In this document: piece after piece, positions 1 through 12,997 of the stretch
Numbering within the stretch: position 1 is the stretch's first letter
Layout: each line of letters begins with the position of its first letter
Assembly: GCF_963921235.1 (NCBI RefSeq)
Contig: NC_086118.1
Span: forward strand, 27,220,001-27,284,000
Length of the DNA: 64,000 nucleotides
Direction of reading: 5' to 3'
Source: Mobula hypostoma
Taxonomy: Eukaryota
Program-made: the position numbers and the translations under genes
The notes under the pieces: generated by a model
Seen by the model: only the letters and a program-made list of their open reading frames with translations
Told to the model about the DNA's origin: nothing
Database searches by the model: none

Positions 1-1860
1 CCCATGCACTACCACCAAACTCCTGGTTCCCTTATCCCGCACTTCGCTCTTCTACCTCTTACCCAAGATCCATAAACCGGACTGTCGGTGTAGGCCTATT
101 GACTCTGCCTGCTCATGCCCCACTGAACTCATGTCCTCATACCTCGACTCCATTTTGTCCCCCTTGGTTCAGTCCCTTCCCACCTACATCTGCAAAACTT
201 CTCATGCTCTCGACCTCCTCACTAACTTTCAATAACCTGGCTCTGACTGTCTCATTTTCATCATGGAAGTCCAACCCCTATACATTCCTATCCACCATCA
301 AGAAGGTCTTAAAACTCTCCATTTCTTTCCCAATAAAAGAACCAATTAGTTCCCCTCCACCATCTCCCTCATCTGTCTGGCAGAGTTAGTCCCACCCTCA
401 ACAATTTCTACTTTGGCTCCTCCAACTTCCTCCAGAATCCAGGGTACCCATGAACAATCACATGGGCCCCAGCTATGCCTGCCTTTTCATTGACTACTTA
501 GAACAGTCCATGTTCTAAGCCTTCCCCAGCTCTTCTTCTGCAATATTAAAAACTGCATTGGTACTGCTTCATGCACTTATGCTGAGTGTCAATTTCATCA
601 ACGTTGCCTTCAACTTCCACCCTGCCCTTAAATTCATTTGGTCCATTTCTGACACCTTCCTCTCCTTTCTTGATCTCACTGTCTTCATCAATGGGGACAA
701 ACTATCAAACAACATCATTTATAAACCTGTCGATTTCCATGGTTATCTTGACTATACCTCCTCCCACTCTGTCTCTGGTAAAAACGCTCTTCCCTTCCTT
801 CAGTTCCTTCGATTCAGCTGCATCTGTTCCCAGGATGAGGCTTTCCTTTCAAATACAACAGAGATGTCCTCCTTCTTCAAAGAACATGATTTCCCTTCCT
901 CCAGCCATTGATGCTGCCCTCATCTGTGTGTCCTCCATTTCGAGATATCCACACTCAGTCTATCCTCCTGCTGTCTTGATAGTGAAAGTTCCTCTTGGCC
1001 TTAACCCTACGGCTCTCCGCACCTTACACATCTTTGCAACATACATAATCTCCAAACGGATCCTACCACTAAACACACTTTTACCAAACTCCCACTTCCG
1101 GCTTTCTGCAGGGATCACTCCCTCCATGATTCTCTTGTCTACTTGTCCCTCCTGGTATTTACCCATGTCAGTGGCCAAATTGCTACACCTCACCACCATT
1201 CAGAGCCCCAACCAGTTCTTCCAGGTGAGGCAACATTTCACCTGTGAATCTGTTAGGGTTATCTATCATCTCTGGTGCTCCTGATGCGGCCTCCTCTATA
1301 TTGGTGAGACCCATCATAAATCAGGAGACCACTTCGTCGAGCATCTCCGCTCCATCCGCTGCGCTTCCCAATGGCCCAATCTTTTAATTCCTACTCCCAA
1401 TCCCATTCCATTATGATGGTCCATGGCATCCTCTTGTGCCACGATGAGGCCACCCTCAGGCTGGAGGGGCAACACCTTATATTCCATCTGTGTAGCCGCC
1501 AACCTGATAGCATTTTCCTCTTTCTCGCAAAAGAAATCCCCTCCCGCTTTTCTATTCCCCTATTCTGGCCTCTTACCTCTTCTCACCTGCCTATCACCAC
1601 CACATTGCCCCCTTCTCCATTTCCTATGGTTCACTCTCCAGCCCTTTACCCTTCCCATCCATCTAATTTCACCAAATCACCTTCCAGCTATCCTCCTTCC
1701 CCTCCCCCCACCTTTGTAATATGGCGTCGTCCCCCTTGCTCTCCTATGCTGAAGAATGTTCTCAGCCCTAAACGTTGAAACGCTGGCTCTTTGTTCATTT
1801 CCATGGGTGCCTCCTGACCTCCATGGAAGGTTCCTCCAGCCTTTTGTGTCTGTGTTGCTT
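1..1860 (+). mobile_element. Decayed Penelope-like element (RT + GIY-YIG endonuclease remnants, 3' tail)
   Basis: Motifs across frames: YLLPKIHKP..RPI (~53-100), MGPSYACLF (~462-490), FLDL and YLDYTSSH (ORF 558-911), and GIY-YIG-type FTCESVRVIYHLWCS*CGLLYIGET (~1237-1310). Pyrimidine-rich 3' region with a degenerate hammerhead-like tail (~1745-1780). Many stops and frameshifts. Confidence 0.85.
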
Positions 1861-2822
1861 AGTCAGTATATTTCCTGCTGCTGAATTCTAAGTACTAATT
1901 AGCTTAACCATTGGGCTAAATGATGCTGTCTTTTCTAAACAAAATCCTATCAAGCACCATTTTTGCTTCACATTCTTAAGGTACAACTGGTATAACTCTG
2001 TTATCATATCCCAACCACACATATTTATTAGTACTTTCACAGGACAGAGGCATTATTCATTTCAACTTTAATGCTTATTATTTTTATATCTGAGTACTGA
2101 ACTGAAGAATGGAACAGAGGCTTTTTGTAGCTTAAACTATGATTCCCTTCAATGAAAGCCTTTTTGCTAAAAATCCAAAAACAGCAAATCAAATCAGTCT
2201 AATCCCAAGATATACAAATAAACCCTTAACGTAACTTTCTCAAACCAGCAGAACATTGCTGAAACTGACTTAATGCTTTTTTTAAACTACAATTTCAAAG
2301 AAAAAAATGTTCCCGAGTCCTACTTTTTGGCATGAGAATGATTTTTGGTAAACATATATTCTTCTTGCAAATGCATTTTATCTCATCGTTTTCATGGGTT
2401 AATAAAAAGTCAGAATTGCACTGACAACTGTAAGTTTTGGATCAGTCATAAATTATACTTTTCAGACTATTCACAGTTGATTATTCACTTACCAGAGGTT
2501 GGCCAAAGAGTTAAAAAGTGTTGGACAGTCACTTAGAGTTTTGGAAAGCTATTTCGATTGTTATGGAAGGCACTCTGGCTAACCTACCAATATTCAAGGC
2601 CTGGGTGATCCCATGGCCATCAAAGCCTGTACAGGGATGAGAGAGCTTTCTGCTTGAAGAAGGGATGACCTACGTAAATGTATCAGTTATGGACCAGCAT
2701 TTACTATGGAATTCTTATTGTGTAATTCGATTGTAACTAGATAGAGGATCTGCTCGGCATACTGAGCCCAATGTACAAGTGACTAAACATTCTAAGCAGA
2801 GGCTCAAACCAGAATTTATTAT

Positions 2823-3203
2823 TGTGAGTCCTGGCTTCCAGGATTACCTCTCCTCACAGCCCTAGCCTTGGAACTATCTCAGCAAGGTGTCAGGCCTACA
2901 CAAGCAGGCTCCATCCAGCTAAAAGGAACCTCTAGCCACTCATTTTCAACTTACCACCTGCAGCCTACAGTATTTAAATCTGGCTCTCATTTACAGGCCT
3001 TGTTCAAGTGCTGAACCAGGCAGCCTCCGCCCATTGCCTCCAGCCTTCAGTTACCATGTTGACTGTTGTGTCTAGTATCTGTTCTCTTTTATTTTGCGGC
3101 CCCTTGTGGCTTCTTATTTGGCAGTTTATTGGAAAAGTATCATTTACTGCTAAATAGTCTCTGCTGCTCTGCTTCTGGGTCAGCTTGCTCCACAATTCCT
3201 GAC
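2823..3203. mobile_element. Probable old solo LTR
   Basis: Starts TGTGAG and ends CTGACA. Shares internal blocks (CACCTGCAGCCTA..TTTAAA, TTCTGGGTCA..CTC.ACAATT..CTGACA) with 27236-27591. Confidence 0.45.
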
Positions 3204-3539
3204 ACGGAGTCGGTGGGAACTGCTTCTCTTCATCAGACAGCAGTGAGCTGGCAGCCTGACATTCACAGTGTACCAATGCCAACTAAATACAGTCTCAGAC
3301 TCACTTTGCCAGGGGCAAAATATGACTCAGTGGCTGCACCGACATTCTATTAGTTGGGGAACAAACTGAATTTCATTCTTCAATAAGGAAAAGGAATCAG
3401 TCAAAGAGCCTCACACAAAAACATAAAAATAATAGATTTTGAAATTCAAATGTGGGGATGGCTTGATGATCAATAAGAATTCACGCATAGCGTAAATAGG
3501 CTATTAATCCTGAAACAGCTCTTAGGTATAATTTGCATG

Positions 3540-3930
3540 GACCCATCAACCCCCAAATCCCACCTCCCAGCAAAAAAAATGAGGAAAAACAGAACGGGCT
3601 CATTAACCGCAAATCCCTCCTCCTGCACAAAAACGAGTAAAACAGATCAGGCACATCGACCCCCAACAATCCCTGTCTCTCACACAAAAAATGAACAAAA
3701 ATGGAACAAAGACATCGACTCCAAATCCCTCTTCCTGCACAAAAAGACAAACAAAGCAGATCAGGCACGTCGGCCCCCCAATCCCCCTCTCTGCACAAAA
3801 AAACCCCGAGAAGATTGACTGAAAAAAACACAGAATATAAACACTAAAAGACTGAAAAATAAAGTCTATAGTCCAAAGTCCAAATCCAAAATGCAGAAAG
3901 ACCTTGGGCAACACTCTCCAGGTACAGCAG
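3540..3930. repeat. Interspersed repeat with internal ~55-60 bp tandem units
   Basis: Recurrent AAATCCC..CTGCACAAAAA ... CATCGAC units; AGATCAGGCAC occurs at ~3644 and ~3758. Confidence 0.6.
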
Positions 3931-4110
3931 GATTCTGTGAGAATTCTTATAGGCTCATCTGAATAAAAATGTTTCTTTCTTTCTTCATTTTTAATGGAGT
4001 TTGGGTAAATCTAGCTATTGCTTATCCCTAAAGCTCCTTGAGAAGTTGGTGATGAATACCAGCTACCACCTTCTTACAGTCTTTCTAGTGGAGAGGCTCT
4101 CACAGTGCTG

Positions 4111-4755
4111 ACATAGAAAATAGAAGCAGACCATTTTGTGTCTGTTCCACCTTTCAGTATGATCAGGGCTGGTTGTCTAACTCAATATCATATTTCTGTG
4201 CTCTCCCTATTCCTCAGAATGCCCTTTTCAATGGTATCCATGTTCTTAGGTATATTCAGTGTCTTAATCCCTAAAAACCCTCTGCGGTAGAGAATTTTGT
4301 AGGTTCACCGCTGCCCGTTGCCCGACCCCAGTGAAGAAACAACTCTTTACCTTATTTGTAAATCTCTTGCCTGCAAACTGTCCGTGACTCATTGTCCTTG
4401 ACACCCTAGCCAAGGGAAACATCCTCCCCACATTCAGTCTGTCTAGTCCTGTTAGAATTTTTGAAATTTCATTTAGGTCTTCTCTAAATTATTTTGAACT
4501 CAACAGAGCACAGGTCTAGTCGATCTAATCGCTTTCCATGCAATTCCAAGTCATCCCAGGCATCTGTCTGGTGAACTGCTCCTGCACTCCCTCGATGGCA
4601 AGTAAATCCTTTACCAGGTATGGAGACTCAAAATCTTTACCATACTCCAGGTGTCATCTCACCAAAGTCCTAAGTAGTTGTAGCATGTTGTCTTTGCTTC
4701 AATACTCAAGTTATCTTGCTTTGTAGCACAACATTCTATTTGCCTTCTTAATTTC
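4111..4755 (-). mobile_element. Old CR1-type LINE 3' fragment
   Basis: Begins with an ACATAGAAAATAGAAGCAG tail and resembles the ORF2 3' end of the other CR1 copies in the window. Confidence 0.65.
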
Positions 4756-5220
4756 AGAGTTGAATATGGATTTCCAGGATCTGGAGACAATGTTGATTAA
4801 TGCATGTCACGTTATTCCTAAATCAGAGTGGTGTTCTGATTTGCAGAAGGTGACATTTCAATATCACATACTGACTTCAGATTTTCTCTCAAGGACTTAG
4901 TTACTCACCCTCAATATACCATCCAAGAACCTGCGATTTGTCGGGATTTTAAAATTGTGGTTGCTCTCTATACAGTTGAAGGTAAGTACTTTTGGGAAGC
5001 CACACTCTGTAATAAAATTGAGGTCTCTCTCTTTTAGAAGTAATTTTCTTTACTAGCAAGAGTTTGAATCCCACAATGAGATTGACTTTTCATCTGTGAA
5101 TTTAAGTTTTTAAGTAAAGTTTTTGAAGGTTGATGTAAGAAGAAATCTTTCATTCAATCTTTGGCAAAAATACTTATGCAAATGATATAAACCATAGTAC
5201 CAAGTCACTGGATCTATTTA

Positions 5221-6527
5221 ACAGAAACATAGAAAACCTACAGCACAATACAGGCCCTTTGGCCCGCAAAGCTGCGCTGAACATGTCCTTACCTTAGAAC
5301 TACCTAGGCTTACCCATAGCCCTCTATTTTTCTAAGCTCCACGTATCCATCCGGGAGTCTCTTAAAAGACCCTATCATTTTTGCCTCCACCACCGCTGCC
5401 AACAGCCCATTCCACGCACTCACCACTCTCTGGGTAAAAAACTTACTCCTGACATCTCCTCTGTACCTACTTCCAAGTACCTTAAAACTGTGCCCTCTTG
5501 TGCAAGCCATTTCAGCCCTGGGAAAAAGCCTCTGACTATCCACACGATCAATTCCTCTCATCGCCTACAACTCCATCAGGTCACCTCTCATCTTCCGTCA
5601 CTCCAAGGAGAAAGGGCTGAGTTCACTCAACCGATTCTCACTAGGCATGCTGTCCAATCCAGGCAACATCCTTGTAAATCTCCTCTGCACCCTTTCTATG
5701 GTTTCCACGTCCTCTTGTACTGAGGCGACCAGAAATGAGCACAGTACTCCCAGAGGGATCTGACCAGGGTCCTATATACAGTAGCTGCAACATTACCTCT
5801 TGGCTCTTAAACTCAATCCCATGATTGATGAAGATCAATGCACCATATGCATTCTTAACCACAGAGTCAACCTGCACGGCTGCTTTGAGTGTCCTATGGA
5901 CTCAGACCCCAGGATCCCTCTGATCCTCCACACTGCCAAGAGTCTTGCCATTAATGCTATATTCTGCCATCATATTTTACCTACCAAAATGAACCACCTC
6001 ACACTTATCTGGGTTGAACTCCATCTGCCACTTCCCAGCCCAGTTTTGCATCCTATCAATGTCCTGCTGTAACCTCTGACAGCCCTCTAGACTATCCACA
6101 ATACCTCCAAACTTTGTGTCATCAGCAAATTTACTAACCCATCCCTCCACTTTCTCATCCAGGTCATTTATAAAAGTCACAATCAGCAGGGGTCTCAGAA
6201 CAGATCCCTGACGCACACCACTGTTCACCGGCCTCCATGCAGAATATGACCCATCTACAACCACTCTTTGCCTTCTGTGGGAAAGCCAGTTCTGGATTCA
6301 CAAAGCAATGTCCCCTTGGATTCCATGCCTCCTTACTTTCTCAATAAGCCTTGCATAGGGTACCTTATCAAATGCCTTGCTAAAATCCATATGCACTGCT
6401 TCTACGGCTCTACCTTCATCAATGTGTTTAGTCACATCCTCAAAAAATTCAGTCAGGCTTGTAAGGCACGACCTGCCTTTGACAAAGCCATGCTGACTAT
6501 TCCTAATCACATTATGCCTCTCCAATG
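5221..6527 (-). mobile_element. 5'-truncated CR1 (HER1-like) LINE, RT domain and 3' end
   Basis: ORFs give SQHGFVKGRSCLT..DFSKAFDKVP, GVRQGSVL..KFADDTK and TRGHSFKV..FFTQRVV..WNGL. Ends in the CR1 3' tail. Confidence 0.93.
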
Positions 6528-6638
6528 TTACTGTTTTAATGATACATTGATCTTTAGATTCCTTAAATACTTTTCTCTGAGGTCAGTGTCCATTTAATTG
6601 GTTCCAGGGAGCTGGAAGCTTAAATAATTTTGGAAAAG

Positions 6639-7171
6639 TACAATACTGTGCAAAAATCTTAGACACATATATATATCTTGGGTGCTTAAGACTTTTGCAC
6701 AGTACTGTAGGAATTTTATGTATTGGACTGTACTGCTGCTACTGCAAATTACAAAACACAAATTTCATGACATATGCGAGTGAAGATAAACTTGATTCTG
6801 ATATAGATCTATTGTGGACTGAGAGTGGAAGGGGGCAGGAAGACTGGAGTCATGGTTGGGAAAGGGGGAAGGAAGAGGTAGCAGGAAGTACCAGAGAGAG
6901 GTTCTGTAATGATTGTAAGCCAATTGTTTGGAATCAAATTATCTTGCCTGGTATCTCAAGACTGGGTGTGTCTGTACCCCACCCTCACCGCCTCTGGCAA
7001 TTTTCTCTGCCGCCTGTCCCACGTCCTTCCTGGGGTGCCCCACCCTCATCATTCCCAACATCCTTTGCTCCCACCAGAATCACAAACTCGCTCACCACTT
7101 CATATAGACAAATACAGCACTGTTAAAAAGTCTTAGACACCAAATGACTAACACTTCTGCATGGTACTGTA
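6639..7171. repeat. Composite repeat bounded by two short Tc1/mariner-like TIR hairpins
   Basis: TA-flanked inverted repeats CAATACTGTGCAAAA..TTTTGCACAGTACTG (6639-6709) and a similar hairpin at 7113-7171. The internal part is homologous to 10200-10250 plus 15790-16207. Confidence 0.7.
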
Positions 7172-7329
7172 GGTCAGGAATGAAAAGTTTTGCTACAACA
7201 GGACTAATTATAATTGATTCAGTGACGTGCTATTATGATTTACATCGTCTGTTGGCATGTTTTGTTTTAACTTGCAGTTGCATTTTTGAGTACTCTGCTA
7301 AGGTACAGGAGAGCAGAAATGGGCATGAT

Positions 7330-7530
7330 GGATTGAATTGAACTGAATTGAAATTGAATTGAATTGACTTTATTTCTTACATCCTTCACATACGTGAGGA
7401 GTAAAAATCTTTATGTTACATCTCCGTCTGAGTGTGCAATGTGCAAATTATAGTAATTTGTAATTAATAGTATGTACAGTAAGATATACAACAGAACAGT
7501 CTGTTGTAGCTTAGAGATACATTGTATGGT
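7330..7530 (-). mobile_element. LINE 3'-UTR fragment with (GAATT)n tail
   Basis: A pentamer microsatellite is followed by TTTATT (AATAAA on the minus strand). Confidence 0.5.
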
Positions 7531-7654
7531 GAAAATAATGTATGATTTTATCCATTGACATAATTACAGATCCACAAGAGTTTGGTGTAAGTTTCTGCCC
7601 CTGGGGTAATGTATGAAGGGTAAGAGCTCTAAAGGCAGGATGGATTCTAGATTA

Positions 7655-9310
7655 ACACGAAGCAACACACAAAGCACTGGAGGAACTCAGTGAATCAGGC
7701 AGTGTCTGTGGAGGGAAGTGTACAGATGATGTTTCATGCTGGGACCCTTCATCAGGATTGGAAAGAAAGAGTTGATAGCCAAATAAGAAGATACAGGGTA
7801 AGGATGCAACAAGAGATGATTAATGAAAGATGGATCCAAGTGAGGGACATGGGGGCAGAGGTGAATAGGCAAGTGGGCGAGGGGGAGAGTGGAAAGATTT
7901 AAGAAGTTGGGAAGTGATGTGGAAATGACAAATGGCTGAATCAGAAATCAGAATCAGGTTTAATATCAGTGAAATATGTTGTGAAGAAGATGGAATCTGA
8001 TAGGAGAAGACAGCGATCCACGAAAGAAAGGGAAGGGGGTGAGGAGGAGAACCAGAGGAAGAAATATGCGGGAAATAGGCAAATTAAGAGGGTAGAGGAG
8101 GGGATAGGTGCACTAGGATTAGGGAGAACAAAAAAGGGGTAGAAGGAGAATGGTGTTATACGTTAGAAACATCAAAATTCAGGCTATCAAATTGGAAGCT
8201 AATAAGGTGGAGTATTAGGTATTATTCCTTTCATCTGCATGTAGTAGCAACTTGGCAGTGGTAGTCATAGTCATAGTCATAATTTATTGATCCCGGGGGA
8301 AATTGGTTTTTGTTACAGTTGCACCATAAATAATAAATAGTAATAGAACCATAAATAGTTAAATAGTAATATGTAAATTATGAAATAAGACCAGGACCAG
8401 CCTATTGGCTCAGGGTGTCTGACCCTCCAAGGGAGGAGTTGTAAAGTTTGATGGCCACAGGCAGGAATGACTTCCTATGACGCTCTGTGCTACATCTCAG
8501 TGGAATGAGTCTCTGGCCAAATGTACTCCTGTGCCCAACCAGTACATTATGTAGTGGATGGGAGACATTGACCAAGATGGCATGCAACTTAGACAGCATC
8601 CTCTTTTCAGACACCACCGTGAGAGAGTCCAGTTCCATCCCCACAACATCACTGGCCTTACGAATGAGTTTGTTGATCTGTCAGTGTCTGCTCCCCTCAG
8701 CCTGCTGCCCCAGCACACAACAGCAAACATGATCGCACTGGCCACCACAGACTCTTAGAACATCCTCAGCATCGTCCAGCAGATGTTAAAGGACCTCAGT
8801 CTCCTCAGGAAATAGAGACGGCTCTGACCCTTCTTGTAGACAGCCTCAGTGTTCTTTGACCAGTCCAGTTTATTGTCAATTCGTATCCCCAGATATCTGT
8901 AATCCTCCACCATGTCCACACTGACCCCCTGGATGGAAACAGGGGTCACCGGTGCCTTAGCTCTCCTCAGGTCTCCCACCAGCTCCTTAGTCTTTTTCAC
9001 ATTAAGCTGCAGGTAATTCTGCTCACACCATGTGACAAAGTTTCCTACCATAGCCCTGTACTCAGCCTCATCTCCCTTGCTGATGCATTCAACTATGGCA
9101 GAGTCCTCTGAAAACTTCTGAAGATGACAAGACTGTGCAGTAGAGGCCATGGATAGATATGAAGTGTGGGAGTAGGAAATGGAATTAACATGGCTGGTCA
9201 CTATGAGGTCATGGGTTTTACAGCAGACAGAGTGAAGGTACTTGACCAAAGCGACCCCCCCAATTTGTGTTAGATTTCACCAATGTAGAGGAGACCACAG
9301 CAGGAGCACA
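7655..9310 (-). mobile_element. Penelope-like 3' fragment, interrupted by a Rex1 insertion
   Basis: Reverse complement of the 1290-1860 type sequence. Hammerhead core at ~7725-7760. The sequence resumes at 9144 (AGGCCATGG...). Confidence 0.7.
8262..9143 (-). mobile_element. 5'-truncated Rex1/Babar LINE
   Basis: (TAGTCA)n tail; ORFs with LQKFSEDSAIV..LNVKKTKEL..RLYFLRRLRSF. Near-identical to 45655-46819. Confidence 0.9.
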
Positions 9311-10103
9311 GAAACTATGCTTAGTGTTACATCAGCCCCTACAGGACCCTACACCTGTGTCAAGGTTAAAATGAAGCTTATAATATTGAATCAGCCTAGA
9401 TGCTAAATTTAATAATAAGCATGGAGCACACTCAGTCATAACACCATATATGTGTAAAGTATGGGAGCCAATTAAACACTAAGCATTCAAAACTTCTGTG
9501 AGACTCTTAGTCAGCTATGGCCAAGCATCAGAAAACTTTGCACAAGTAAGCAAATTATTCCGAAAGGTTAAGCCCTTCCATACACCTATGCTGCCTTCCC
9601 TTTGTGAACATGACAGTTAGTACAGTACTTCTAACCTCTTTCTGTGTCAATCTACTTCCCTCAGTTGAGTTCACTTAGTCTGCAGTTTGGATAACCTGCA
9701 GATTGGGTCTATGTTCCTGCCCATAGCACTGGTATATTCATATTCATATTCAATTAATATCTTTTGCAAACTTTCTGCCGAATTCACTTTGTTAATACTT
9801 TCAGCTAGACTGCACTCTTTGCAAAATATTGCAAAACAGGCAATAGACAAATGACTTCAGACTCTGAGTTTCTGTACTATTTCCTTCGTTGCATACACTT
9901 CAGCACATCACAACTCTCACTGTGTTTGTGCAGGTTGTTATGCAGACCCTTGAATTAGTTCATGCTGTAGGAGTAAGAGTTTGTGTTTAATGTCCAGATT
10001 TTGTATTTATGTTTTGAGTGTTGATTTTTTAATTTTAATTTTCCTCAATATAGAAAAGATTTTCATAGGCAATCTTTATTTCAGAATCACAGATATCTAT
10101 ATA

Positions 10104-10105
<2 letters not shown>

Positions 10106-10160
<55 letters not shown>
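10106..10160. repeat. Compound (TC)n(TA)n microsatellite
   Basis: Directly visible in the sequence. Confidence 0.95.
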
Positions 10161-10250
10161 CTAGAAACTAATGGCAGGATAAGAAATTTGGTTCATTACG
10201 TCACTGTACTTCTGCTGCAAAAATTAAACAAATTTCATGGTGTATGTGAG

Positions 10251-10641
10251 TGTTGCACACTTGGACACTTAAAGGGACTTCCAGGCGTGCGGAAGTTTAA
10301 AATAACGTCTTTACTTTCCTTTCTGGAAATACAGGAACACAAGCGCATTGGCTTTCCAAGCATGCTGCCAGGCCGTCTCCGTCTACTCCATCACGTGCAC
10401 ACTACCGCGCCCCCAGGACCCATCAGCTGCCCCAAGTGCCTGTATAAGCTTTGGCCCTTGTAACCATCAATTAACCTCCTAAAATATTACCGTTGCTAGT
10501 GCAACTGACCATTAATCAAATTGTGAATGAACAAAATAACAAACCAAAGCAATAAAAATAATATGAACATAATATAAGAAGATTAGGGGGGGGGGGTATC
10601 CAGTGTCCATTAATATGCTCCACGTTACTATGGGTCCCACA
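10251..10641 (-). repeat. 3' LTR of the Gypsy element
   Basis: Direct repeat of 15411-15789, adjacent to the PPT. Confidence 0.95.
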
Positions 10642-11021
10642 CTCTCCCCTTCAAAATGAATGTCGTCCCGACATTATAGGTTTCCCAGGGTACTCGTGTC
10701 CTCAACTGGCGAGTTATAGTGGTAGGTTGTAAAGGAGACAGTCTTTCGGGATACTCTCTGTACTGCAACAGTCTTTGACATGGCATGCATCTCCCTCTTT
10801 ATGTCATGTGTCAGCAACAGGCATCACTGGCCAGGTGATATCTTGAGTGCTACTCTGCTACTTGTGCGTGCTATGTATCTCGGACTGGAAGGTTTTCACC
10901 CTATATCTACCCCATAACCCATTACACAGACCCACATGTCCTACTGAATGTCTCACCCATGTTCCAGTGTCCTTCTATATATCAGTGGTCTGTGTTCGAC
11001 TGATGGTTGACCCAATGTGTT

Positions 11022-12397
11022 TTATGTGAGAGTCTTGGGTGGGTTTCTTTGTCTGAAAGGGTACTTTCTTATGGGAGTTGACCGCTGCTCAAGGTCCCTC
11101 TCGTCTGCTTCATCAGATGACGACACCTGCTCAGAGCTCATCTCCTCTGCTTCATCAAATAACACCTCTCGCTCGGCCCCCGCAGTTTCTCCATTCTCCA
11201 TCTCTGGTTCCATCCTACCTTCCTCACCGCCTTGCTCCAGTTCTCTGTCAGCTGCTTGTGGTTGGAACTCCTCTGCTTCCACTCTGAGCTGGCTCTGAAC
11301 AGGTCGAATGACTCTGCTGGCCGTGTGGTGATGAATCTCCAGTTACTCTCATCCTCTGAACCACTGTGCTGATCTCTCTCCTTCTGCCTTTCACTCTTCT
11401 TATCTGTGTTTGGCTTTTCCTTTCGCATTTTCTTTTTCCCCTGTTCATCTACTTCCACGGGCAGAAAGTCACAGGGCAGTAGCAGGTTCCTGTGTAGGAC
11501 CCTCGTCTTTCCTGGGCCTCCCTCAGGTCGTACGACGTAGACAGGACTGTCCTTGTGCTTCCTCTTGGTTACGATGTGGACTTGCTCCTCCCAATAAGAC
11601 CTGAGCTTCCCGGGTCCTCCTCTGTCCCTGAAGTTCCGCACCAATACTCTACACCCTGGCTGTAATTCCACTCCAAAAGTCTTCCAGTCATACTGCTTCT
11701 TTGCTCTATTTTGCTGCCTCTGAGCTGTCTGTGATGCCAGCCTGTATGCCTCTTGCATCTGCCTTCTCCACTTAGTGGCATATTCGCTGTGAGAAGTGCT
11801 CTGGTCACCGCTCTGCACTGTGTGGATCAACTCATTTGCCTTTTTGCAGTCAATGGAAAAAGCATCTCTTACCACAGCAGGTGTAACTTCTGGATGCTGC
11901 TCCATTCCATTCATCACCAGCTGCTCGATGACATTGTAGCCGATGATCGGTGGCTCTGCTACTCCGGGCTCATTAGAGACCAGCACCGGCACAAGCAGCT
12001 CTGGCGTTGGGCCCCTATTTGATCCCAACTTGAACTTCAGCTCAACCCATCCTGCAAAGGGTATGGATGTCTGGTTTACTGCTTTGCCCACAAGTTTCTC
12101 GTTCTCACCCAGGAGCTCATCCGTGTTCCGTACCCCAATGTGTGGAAAACAGGACCCTCTCCACTTTTCATTAATAATAGTGACCTGTGAGTTGGTATCC
12201 CATAGTGCTTGTGTTGCTACTCCCTCAAAGAAACAATCCACCGTGCACTTCTTCCTGATGAGAGCTGTCAGCTTGGCTCGGTGACGTAAAGAGAGATGAC
12301 TGGCGTAGGTAGCACCCACCATCTGTTGTTCAGCCTTCCCAATTTTCTCTAACTCCACCTCCAGCTGCCTGATGCTCTCACAAAGAAACTCATGCAT
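11022..12397 (-). pseudogene. pol: Deleted pol: aspartic protease fused in frame to the integrase C-terminus
   Basis: ALWDTNSQVTII..PIIGYN (protease) is followed directly by YATKWRRQMQEAY..GPGKLRSYWE..VLHRNLLLPC (GPY/F-like). No RT, RNase H or DDE motifs. Confidence 0.85.
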
Positions 12398-12997
12398 CTT
12401 GTCATCTGGTCCAGTTTAGCTTGGAGCTGATGATTCTGGGATTGTGACAGGCCGGATTGTCACATTGCCGTCAGATTTCCCTGCCAGCCTTCTTTGCCCT
12501 CTGCAGCCCCTTGAGAGGTGCCCTGTCTGCCCACACTTGAAACAGTGTTCACACTGGTCACCTGTTCCCTGCTCCTGACATGCTTTACATCCTCTCCTAA
12601 CACTCATTCTTACTTGGCGGTGGGTCCTAGAGAGTTAGCTATGCTTTTCCTTATTTCAGCCATTTCTTCTCTCAGCAGCCTGACTGTTTCATAAATCTCT
12701 GGGTCTCTTGAACTAGCGTCGTGGTTTTACAAATGACAAGGAGGCGCCGAAGATTCTCCAAGAAATTTTAAACTTTAATTTGCAAATCAAAGCTGAGACA
12801 GACAGTGGGCTAGCTGGGAATATCTTACTACTGCTGTTCCTTTCCCTGTCATATTGTTCTTCCTCTTTTTAAGGTATTCTTAACATCTCACACTTCGGTA
12901 ATACTATTTTCTGTAACCTATTTCTCTATCTAGCCTTATGGTTTCTTCTCACCCGTATCTAAATTATCTACTTAAACTATCCTTATCTTCTATTCTG

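Noticed and set aside
586..1284. 232-aa Ser/Pro-rich protein
   Set aside because: Mostly an off-frame reading of the decayed, pyrimidine-rich Penelope ORF.
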